A stretch of 62,091 nucleotides of DNA, counting the filler, from Sphacelaria rigidula (taxonomy: Eukaryota): NCBI GenBank assembly GCA_964200075.2. It is 7 parts of 7 records of this genome, joined end to end, with 100 filler letters (N's around TTAATTAATTAA, not from the genome) between each part and the next. Parts side by side here need not be neighbours in the genome. Positions count along the whole stretch, not along the records: positions 8,887 to 17,672 come from CAXNAA020010106.1; positions 17,773 to 26,557 come from CAXNAA020010107.1; 5 more parts are not named here. The stretch is one strand, 5' to 3'. This document shows positions 12,702 through 22,500 of the stretch, in pieces (position 1 is the stretch's first letter; the number at the start of each line of letters is the position of its first letter). Below the pieces are notes generated by a model that saw only the letters and a list, made by a program, of their open reading frames with translations, did not search any database and was not told where the DNA came from. Both the position numbers and the translations under genes were made by a program.

Positions 12702-12814
12702 GTGAGAGTGACGGGTTTTGCTGGATGCGGTCAGGCGTTTCTCGCTGTTGGATGTGTATCGCTTTTGCCCGTTCTCGTCCCCTCAGAAACCCAAACACAA
12801 GAATCAGAAGGATG

Positions 12815-12905
12815 AGGGGGGGGGGCGTTCTCATGTGTTGCTTGCCTTAGTCGTTTGACCATTGACCACGCATCCCTTTCGAGACGGAGCACGGATGGGG
12901 GGAGG
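12815..12905 (-). mobile_element. LINE 3'-terminal fragment between G-tracts
   Basis: Reverse complement of GCTCCGTCTCGAAAGGGATGCGTGGTCAATGGTC..AAGCAACACATGAG. Confidence 0.75.
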
Positions 12906-13224
12906 GGGAGATAGGAAGGGTCATGATTCATATATTTCAAGAGTAACTTCCGGAGTAACTTAGAGAAGACGGAGCAGGGGCGGCTAGCTCCACTTTCTGG
13001 CAGAGCTCACAGGACAAGGGTTGGGCACAGCACGAAAGGTGTGAGATACAAAACTTCTCACTATGTCGTGGGGGCCGAGCTTGATGGTGTGTCATGCTCC
13101 AGTAGAGTTTGAGCGAGAAAATAGTGTGCCTGTGTGTCTACAAGAGTAAAAATGTCGGAACGCTTTGCACTCAAGTACTGAACTTTGTCTCTGTGCAGTC
13201 CTCCCCACCTCCCCCTTTCCCGAG

Positions 13225-14030
13225 TTGAACGCAGTTGAAGTTGGTTGGAGCAGCTCGAAATAGTACAGATGACAGCAGCGAAGAAGGTATTTGGATGCTC
13301 AGAAACGACGAGTACTACAGCACTGAAAGCAAAATTAGAATGTATCCACTTGAAACAAATAGAGGCGAGTGAAGAATATAACAACTGGTAGTATAACGTA
13401 AGGAACATGACAACAAAGCGGTTGCCAGCCATGGCTGATAGCGCTTTATGGAAGAAACGAACGGGCAGGGTGGAATACGATGGAACATCGTAGTCGAGAA
13501 AGTATGGAACGATATAGGAGGGGAAAAGACGACATACTTCTGTAGTGTCCATACGTGAATGTGGGGTATCCAAGATAAAAGTGAGAGACATGATAGAAGT
13601 AAGGGGAAGACAAGGGCAAAGACGGAAAGTGGACGAGGAACAGCGCCTGAAGATATACGGGGGATTGAGAGAGGGGATGGGGATGAAAACATATCTGCAT
13701 GGCCCAATGGACTACTGTTGTACGCGAAAAGAAGGAGCCATTTCGGATGGGGGACCCCGACCTGCCAGAAAGCAGACAGAAATGCACCAGTAGGAAGTAA
13801 ATGCAGAAAATTACCCCTGTGGCAAGCACTAGAGAGTAAAACTCATATAGTGGCTGAACTTGTACTAAATGAAGAGGAATGGGGCGTGTTGAAGGGGGAA
13901 ATATGGGAACTAGACGGGGGTGGATTGGAATCGTTTGGTAAATCAGATAGTAGCGAGAAAATTATCGCTATATTAGGAACAGAAGAAGGGGATAAGCAAC
14001 AAATGAGTACCCCTCCATCCCCCCCCCCCC
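13225..14030 (+). mobile_element. Degenerate 5'-truncated LINE (ORF2 C-terminal region)
   Basis: RKVDEEQRLKIYGGLREGMGMKTYLHGPM, homologous to 16752-17672; frameshifted; ends AAGCAACAAATGAGTAC + C-tract. Confidence 0.8.
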
Positions 14031-14134
14031 TTACTCGCGAAGCTTTTCGGGTGAACGATCAAAGCTCCCCTTGAAATGGTCTTATGACCATGGCATGCAT
14101 AATCATGAGTACACCCCCATCCCTCCCCCCCCGT

Positions 14135-14475
14135 CCCCGCCCCGCGTGCCGGATCGGAAAACCTCATCTCCGCGCAGAGGGGATGATTGTAGTACGTACT
14201 GTTCGAATGGTGAGACACTCATGGCGGCAGTGTGTAACCCGCGGCTGTCTCTGGAGGTGGCGATACCAAAAATTAGTAATCTCTTTCGAGGTTGTCGCCC
14301 ATATGCAAGATAATTAGTATGCTTCGGGCCGAATACATCACGGCGCTTCACGCTTAGTGCTTACGCGAGCCTGGTCCGGCGAAAACCCGGCGTTCTCCAT
14401 CCCGACTTTGTAGGGCTGTGAGGTCAACGGTCTTATGACTGCTGCATGCGGAATCATGAGCACACACCCCCGCCC
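14135..14475 (+). mobile_element. Non-coding LINE-partner (SINE-like) element, copy 1
   Basis: Homologous to 15900-16273 (GCTTCGGGCCGAA, GTCCGGCGAAAAC); ends ATCATGAGCACACACCCCC. Confidence 0.65.
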
Positions 14476-14514
14476 GGTCCCATCTGGTACGGTACGCTTG
14501 TCGTTTTCGACCAG

Positions 14515-14694
14515 ATTCACGTGTGCAAGGCCACCACTCTTCCAGGGGTGTTATCCGCGTTTTGGGAGCTAACGGCGGACCACGCACACGAGAGATACCA
14601 GGCTCTGAAGGATGACACAGAGTACAACGCTCACCTGCTTTTCGTCGCTCCCCGCTGTAGCGTGCTCAAGGACTACGGCATGATGCGCCATCTG
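14515..14694 (+). CDS. Internal exon of an uncharacterised protein (same gene as 12503-12701)
   Basis: CCAG acceptor, 60 open codons IHVCKATTLPGVLSAFWEL..KDYGMMRHL, CTG|GTGAGG donor; could instead read on to the stop at 14763. Confidence 0.6.
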
Positions 14695-15690
14695 GTGAGG
14701 GAGGGGTATGTGATGGTACATTTGGATGTGGGCAACAGGCATTCAAGACTGAGCTCCACGTGAATGTGGATGTAGCCAGTGGCCATGATGAGGGTTGCAG
14801 AGATGAATCATCGTGTTGCAGGCGACATGAAACGTTTGAATGTGAATGATATGTATGTATGCGTATATAGTGCAGGTACATATGTGTATTCACTCAGATT
14901 CGTTTGCCGCGAAAAGTATGCGTGCACTGCAAGGCCGGAAAGTTCCTGATTCCTGCTGTACTTTCGTTCTCCGTTGATTTTTTATTTTCTTCTGTTGGGA
15001 AGGTTTTCTTATATATGCGTACCTACGTACGTATGTACATATACATATCTATATGTATTATGTGCTCATATATATATGTATGTATTATGTACCATGTATC
15101 ATTAATCATGTACTGTAAATGCATGTCCAGATCGATGTATTCTCCTCCACGCATTTCATGATTGAGGTACATACATCTTTGTTGTTAAGGGCAATATCCC
15201 ACGTATCGAAATTTGTCGATTGTGTTTCTCAAGTATATCACTGGCCAGACGCAATTTCCGCGAGGTTTGGCGTTTAAATGGTCCATGCTTGACATTTTTT
15301 GGAAATGCTGGAGGACCCTGGCACTAAAACTAACCCAAGCCCTTTGGGGTTTTATCTGGCCCATGACCCAGTCTGGTCTCGTGAAGATTGAGGGCCCTTG
15401 GGGGAGACGGGGGGTATAGGGTGCACTGGGCAAAGCATGCTTTGGCAGAGCTCAAATCGACACCTTGCCTGCTGGCCCCGATTTGAGGTCAAACGCGTGC
15501 TGTGCTGCACACGCCTAGCGAGCGAGCACCCGAGACTGTTAGTCCCCCGTAAAAATTCGAAAATCAGCTTCAATACTAAATCCCAGTGCGATAGGCACAA
15601 GTTGCTTTGGGGAACTGGGGCAGCAAGCCGTGGCTGTGGTCTTAAAGTCGGACCGGGCGGTGTTTAGTCGTGGCTGCTGATACCCCCCCA

Positions 15691-15771
15691 TGCTCCGTCT
15701 CGAAAGGGATGCGTGATCAATGGTCAGACGACTAAGGCAAGCAACACATGAGAACGGCGCCCCCCCCCCCC
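15691..15771 (+). mobile_element. LINE 3'-terminal fragment containing the ORF2 stop, flanked by C-tracts
   Basis: Encodes APSRKGCVINGQTTKASNT*, continuing the end of ORF 16752; C7 upstream, C12 downstream. Confidence 0.75.
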
Positions 15772-15774
15772 ACA

Positions 15775-16273
15775 CCACGCGTTTCTGCCGTGCGGGGCGA
15801 CCCACGCCAACACGACACTCACTGCGTAAGCTAGGCAACCAGATTACTGGGTGTTCGATCAACCATGGTGACGTCATGCTGGTCGAGTAACATCATGTGC
15901 GGGGTTGAGAACCTCAACTCCGCGTGACAGGGATGATCGTACTACGCAGTGTTTAGATGGTGGGACATCCTTGACGCAGCGTGTAAGCCGTGGCTGTCTT
16001 TTGACGTGGCGACACGAAAGCACGAAGGTACTCATTCAAGGCTGTTGTCCATACGCAAGATGAGTTGTACGCTTCGGGCCGAACAATCTTAGCAGGATGC
16101 AGCTCACCCCTCATGCGACTCGCTGAACACGTCACACGACACTTCACGCTGGGGAGTTGATTGCGAGCCTCGTCCGGCGAAAACGTTGCGTACTCAGTCC
16201 CGGCTTTGTAGGGATGCGAGGTTAGTGGTCCTATGACTACGGTATGCGAGATAATGAATACCCCCCCGCCCCG
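15775..16273 (+). mobile_element. Non-coding LINE-partner (SINE-like) element, copy 2
   Basis: Further partial copies at 26491-26557 and 53167-53208; 3' ~50 nt resemble the LINE 3' end. Confidence 0.7.
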
Positions 16274-16274
16274 T

Positions 16275-17672
16275 ACGTCATCACCCACTTTATCCGAGGT
16301 ATTCATTACTGATTTGTTAATAGCAATAGAAGCAGCAAATCAAGCAGTCAATGTGGGTGAAGATGTGATATCGGGTTTGATGTTCGCAGATGATTTTGTG
16401 AGGATTTTAGGAACAGCAGAAGGATTGCAAAAACAAATAGAAAAGGCGCTAGAATACACCAGGAAATGGAGAGTGACAGCGAATGCTAACAAATGCGCGG
16501 TACTCGTCTGTAACGAAGACTGGAAAATCCGGTAGAGTTCAAGTGGAAGTGGGGAGAAGAGGAACTGCCAATCGTAGACCGGTATACATACCTTGTCTCA
16601 ACACCCTGTCCTTGGGACGCACACATAAACACACTAATAGAAAAGGGTAAGGCACAGATAGTCAGGATGGACGTGGTCCTCAGAGATTTGCACCTAGACA
16701 CTAGGATTAAGAGATGTATCCTGATGAACGTGATCGTACCAAAGCTAGAATATGCAGGAGAAGGAGGGGAACGTGAAGTTGGTGAAAAAGTTAGAAACAG
16801 AAAAGATGGCAGCAGCTAAGAAGATTCTTGGATGCTCGAAGATGACGAGTAGTACAGTTTTGAGAGCAGGGTTGGGAATGTACTCACCTGAAACAAACAG
16901 AAACATGAGGAAATTGAGGTGGCAATATGGCGTAAAGAATATGCAGAGAAAGAGATTGCCAGCTATAGTTGATAGGGCTGTATGGAAGAAAAGTACGATA
17001 GGGCAGGCTATAAGGTGGGATAAAGAAGTCGAGAAAGTATGGAAAGAGATAGCAGGAAACCGAGACGAAATACTGTCCATAGGTGAAGGCGCGGGGTACA
17101 AGACAAAAGCAAGAGACATGATAGAATTAAGGGAAAAAGGAGCGCTCAGACACAAGGTAGACGAGGAACAACGCCTAAAAATATACGGGGGGTTGAGAGA
17201 GGGGATCGGGATGAAAGCATATGTGCAAGGCCCCATGGCCGCGGCGAGAATAATAAAACTGCGATTTCGGGTCGGGGACCTGAACCTGCCAGAAATAAGA
17301 AAGAGATATACCAGTAGTCGAGAGGATGAGGAAGCAGATGCACATACCTGCCTCTATGGCAAAGCAATAGAAAGCATAAGTCATGTAGTTGCAGAATATG
17401 AACTATACAAGGAGGAACGGGACGTGCTGCAGCGGGGAATGCGGGACGTGAACGAAGGTGGCATGAAATCGGTTGTTGTACTAGACAGTGGGGAAAAAAC
17501 GATGGCTATATTTGGAGATAGATGGTGGCCACAGACGACGAAACGGGACGGGCATGAGATATGTAAGAGGTTTTTGTACGATGTATGGAAGAAACGTAAT
17601 GAGCGCCAGAATGTTGGAGGTGTCTCTGTTAGGAGGAGGAACGGTGCTCCGTCTCGAAAGGGATACGTGGTC
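16275..17672 (+). mobile_element. 5'-truncated, frameshifted non-LTR retrotransposon ORF2 (RT and C-terminal domain)
   Basis: SPTLSEVFITDLL..SGLMFADDFV..GLQKQIEKALEYTRKWRVTANANKCAV RT motifs; long downstream ORF; cut by contig end. Confidence 0.9.
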
Positions 17673-17772
17673 NNNNNNNNNNNNNNNNNNNNNNNNNNNN
17701 NNNNNNNNNNNNNNNNTTAATTAATTAANNNNNNNNNNNNNNNNNNNNNNNNNNNNNNNNNNNNNNNNNNNN
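17673..17772. other. Artificial contig-joining spacer
   Basis: Same 100-nt N/TTAATTAATTAA/N linker. Confidence 0.98.
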
Positions 17773-18612
17773 TTGTGGAGGGGGTGGGAACGTTCGTGCG
17801 GGGCTCATCCCCGGCGGTCGTTTTGCTGGAGGTTTGCCGTTAAGGTAGGAGCGACACTCCCGCCATCTATGATTTCGCTTCAAACAGTAGGCGCATTGAC
17901 TTCTATCGAGCCCCGAATCGGTTTTGTTGCCGTCGGTTCTCGATTGGAACGCTACTGCCTCGTCGCGGCATTCCATGTCAGACGTTAGATATGCTGATGA
18001 TGCTACGACTGCCCGTTTTAGCTCATCGTATGTCATGCCTGGCTGGGTTGTTAGCTGGATGAATACTTGTGGAAGCGCCTCCTTGATCCCGAGTAAAAGG
18101 GCTGCCCTTTTAGTTTCGTCGGCTGTGGCGTTTCCCAGCGCTTCGAATTCCCCCCAGATGGTGTCCAGCTTCACCATGAACTCTGATGATTCTTCTGCAG
18201 AATTGCATTGGAGATCCCGCAGTCTTCGTTCCGATGCAAGTAGTTGCACAGGCCGCTCGTCCTGTGCGCGTCCTCCGTAAATGCGTTCTTTCTCCAGCCA
18301 GGCTTCCCTGCCGTCAGGGTTGCCGCCGTGCTCGCATCGTGCGATGATGGCTGCGGCTGATCCTTTCGTAGCCTGTGCCAGGAGGAACCATAGGGACTGT
18401 GTATCACGTTGGTGCGTTTCGTACGCCTTACGCTGATCAAGTGTCGTCGTGGGTGTCGGAACGGCCGGTGTTGTGTAATCCGGTCGCAGCAGGGGGTATA
18501 GTCCCTTCCCCCCTGCGTATCCAACGAGTGAAAGTCTCCATGCGTCCCATGTTTCTCGCGAGTGCCCACGAGCGCCCGTCCAGACTGGAAACTTGCGTGG
18601 GTCTGCCTCCAT
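17773..18612 (-). mobile_element. Ty1/copia-like LTR retrotransposon gag (truncated by contig end)
   Basis: Uninterrupted 280-codon ORF; copia-gag-like N-terminus (FPVWTG..TWDAW), DGREAW motif, zinc knuckle CAYCLKRNHRWREC (CX2CX4HX4C). Confidence 0.8.
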
Positions 18613-19087
18613 ACTCCTCGAGGCTCACGAACCTGTGCACTTGTGAGGTTTTGTTTGGTGTGGCCGTGGCGCTCTCCCTCGCAGTGCACCGTTTTATAGC
18701 GGAGCAAGGCAATTGTCACGAGAGATCTTCATGGGTTGAGCAGACGACCTACCCGAGTGGGGCGCTGCATCGCCATGCTTTTCATTATTCATTCGACGTC
18801 ATCCGCTGGTGTACAGCTCTATCTGAACCTTCGCTCTCTGAATCTCAGCCCTAAACCCCAACTATAGAGCTTACGATATAGAGCCACGGAGCCGTTCTGG
18901 CTAGACTGAGCACCGGCTACAGTACTGGTTCCCGAACCGTTCCTGTTTCTACTTCGTATTTAACCGCACTGGCTCCTACCAGGCTGGTTGACTACATGCC
19001 TGAGAAACGATGTACAGTATAATATCTATGCCCAACACATAATCTGCACAATGGGGAAAGTGGTTGTTGACCAGCCCCGAAAATGAA

Positions 19088-19558
19088 GACCCACTTTTTA
19101 TGGCAACGAATCTCGATTTGTACAAATATGAGGATTCCAGCCCGTCTACAGGCGATTTTCTCCCGTTGATTGATCTTTCGGAACCCAGTCCGTTGGGCAA
19201 TGTTTTTCGCCTAGCTCTGAGCAAACCAGATCAATTCTCCGATTCCCTGGACGTTGACTCTTGGTGTACCACATTTCTGCCCAAATCAGGACACTCCTGC
19301 ACCTCCCTCGATTTTTTTGAAAAAATCGGGGGAAGATGCGGGAGTGTCCCGATCTCAGCAGAACGGCGATGCATCGAAAGTCAACGTCCAGATTATCGGA
19401 GAATTGACGATCTGGTTTGCTCACAGCTAGCCGAAAGACAGTGCCCAGCGGACTGGGGTCCGAAAAATCAATCCACGGGAGAAAATCGTCTGTAGACGCG
19501 CTGAAATCCTCATATTATTTGTACACATCGAGATTCGTTGCCATAAAAAGGGCGGGTC
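19088..19558. repeat. ~470-bp imperfect palindrome (foldback)
   Basis: Arms pair throughout, e.g. TTTTTATGGCAACGAATCTCGAT / ATCGAGATTCGTTGCCATAAAAA; centre CGATTTTTTtgAAAAAATCG near 19318. Confidence 0.9.
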
Positions 19559-22500
19559 AACAATCAAGAACAGAAAGTCATGGATTACAGTAGCACGATA
19601 GGTAGGGTAAACACTGCGACGAGGTCGCAGCTCGGTAGAGTCAGTGCGTTTCCTCTTTGCCTTTTCATTTTGCTTTGTTCCACTTTTCTTTGGTGTGGTC
19701 TCTGACTTTTTCAAGTCTTGGCTTGTCTTCTGAAAAATCTATAATTCTCGAGCAATGTGAAAAAAAATCATGTTTCCCCGCTCGCTTGATCTTTTCGGTC
19801 TAACCGCTTGATGTACTCTCCAGAGTACCCTTAAACAGTGAGTCGTACCCGCATACATGTCCTACCCTCCTGTAACGGTCTGCGCAGAACATCATTTAAT
19901 TCGTTGACGGGCTTGTTGATTGGATAATAATTGATCAATTCTCGCACATTAGATGTCCCAAAGGGATCCGGCCCTCGCCAACGGTATATATAGAATTTAG
20001 AACAACGTGATGGCCAAAGGGGGTTCCTTGTCCGGACTCATTATATATATCGACGCCTGCGCAGCGCAGGAAGAGAGGTGTACAAAAGGAGTCGCCATAT
20101 ACAAGCTGTGTGTACATGTATCAACATAAACTACGTCTGGACGGGGAAACGATAATATTCCTGCAGCGGCGGAAGATCCCGCAACGTTCCTGAGCGCAAA
20201 CAGCCCTTATCTTGTCATACGTGCAACGTTTTCAGGCCAGACATTCATGTAGGTTTTCGCTATGTGACATGTAGAACATTCGAGATCAAAAGAGGTATCT
20301 TGAACTAGAGGTTCCCGGTATAGTCAACAGTGAGCTACTGTTGAATAGATCGGGAACCTCGAGTTATGGAAACATCCAATATGCATGATGGTTTCCCAGC
20401 GGTGAAGAGCGCGGTCGGCGCGTGCGCGTCGCGGACAGCGGGTCCAGAGGGGTCGTTTTTCGCGTTTTTGGCCCTGGGTGACTAACTCCATCACTCATTC
20501 TAGGCTCTTACTGCATATATGGAGGTACTTCCTCTTGTTCATGCTTTTGTAGTGCTATATGACGAGTCAATGATTCTCTGCTGGGGTTCATGTTGGAGTC
20601 TGTTCATAGATTTGCTATGTCAAGGTTGCGATCAGCGTTGGGGTTGTTGGAGGCAAGATCCTACTTACGTGACCGGTGTTATTTTCCAATATGTCGAGCA
20701 CATCGCGTGAGCTTCATATCAGGACCATAAAAATCACAATGCACATCAGTACAGACCATAAAAATAATGGATGAACAGCAGTGAGCCCAATATTTAATAT
20801 TTTACATGATTCGCCTCCACCAACTTTTCAAATTTAGACTAGATTATCGCAGACACTGAGCCACAGTCATACCATACGGCACTACCGGTGGCCTCCCGTG
20901 TAGCGACCACGTAACACTCGTAGTGAAAATATTGCCACGACTAATCTTTGAACATCATCTACTATAGTTCACAGATTTTGTGTCATACTCTAGTGCTCCA
21001 TCCTGTCCATCCTGTTCGCCCCAAAGTACAGGTTCTCCTCTTCGCTCGACAACGCGGTGAGCATCTTCTGTACCTCGATTGAACCCTCGACATAACATAC
21101 TCAGCAGCGTGTGAATTCGTGGATATTCCGGGAAGACGGTGCGCTCGCCCTCACCTTCAGGTGTTGGTTGTAAAATACGGCACAGGTACACGTATGCACC
21201 TCCCAAGTCCTGACTGTCTCGTGGCCCGAAGATTTCTTATTCGTACAATTGTTTTCAGCGGGGAATATAGGGTGTCTGATTCGTTCAAGAAAGTCGACCA
21301 TCGTTGGTGAGGCGACTGATTCGCCCCTTTGTGCGCTCCGTCCAAATTTATTATCGCAAGAGCATGGCACGTCCCATTCTCCCCATTGGTGGCGTTGCAC
21401 TGACTGTCCTGCCCTGTGCCGTGTTGTACTATTGTCCGTTGTACTCTACAGTTGAATCTCCGCCGTGTTTTTCTACAGTTCAGTACAACAGTACAGTACA
21501 GTGTGATGGTAGACTTCGACGTTTACGGTAAATATCCCTCCGCGGCACTCAACAAAACCAGTGAGTAGTCCCAGGCTCACACTACAGGTATACGATACCC
21601 GACAGTAGTATGCTGATATACAAGCAAAAAGAAATTAGCTCGTGATAATACGCCAACAACCACGTGAACCCGTGAACTTGGCCTGTTTTGCGCCCTCAGT
21701 CGACCAAGAAGTTTCGGCCTAAAACAGACTCGTGTACCGTACTGACTGTACCGTACCGTACTGGACTGTCCGCAGTAATTATATTAGTATTTTATCATCT
21801 CGTCAGAAGAAGTTTTTGAGCCCCTTTACTCGGGCGGCGATGCCCCGAGTATGCCAGAGAAAAAACTCGCTCCTGGATCACCTCGCTTACAAAGATATAC
21901 ACTGCAGAGGTTGAAGAGGTTTCAGGATTCAGCTCCGCTAAGGATTGGCGCTCTGGTAGCATGCTATCCAAGAAAAGGGAGGAATGACTTCACGTGATCG
22001 CTGGTAACGTCACGTATTACATATTCCTGTTGAAGTTTGTGGTACGGTTTCTAGAACGCTGCCGGGCTACGATATGAGCGATTGCACGGCGTCGCTGGGT
22101 GCGTTATGAAATAGGACGGAGTGCAGTGCTCTCACGGGTCGGGCTGTGAACCTGATATTCCTCAACGACTGCCTAGATCACGCTGATGCTTGTTGGCTGT
22201 AATTGTGCCTTTGGAAACTCGCTGTTCGAGATTATTCAATGTGCTGGATTTCTCTGAAGTAGTGGAAGACGGGTAGGGGGTGTTATTCCCCATCATCTGC
22301 GTAGGGCTGTCGGAATGCCAAGGATGGCGATCCAGAGAACCGTAAAGGTTCTCGAGATATTTTGCTTCGGTGATGCTAGGGCGTGGAAAAACTACTCCAT
22401 TGTCGTGTGGGGCTGACACATCACGCAATTCGGGCACTGGCCCTTGATATGTCACGATGAGCACGATGGGCCGCATCTCCAGGGTGGGTGTGTTGAACGT

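Noticed and set aside
17673-17772. LINE and gag ORFs meeting tail-to-tail as a composite element
   Set aside because: They are on different contigs; the ORFs only run into the N spacer.
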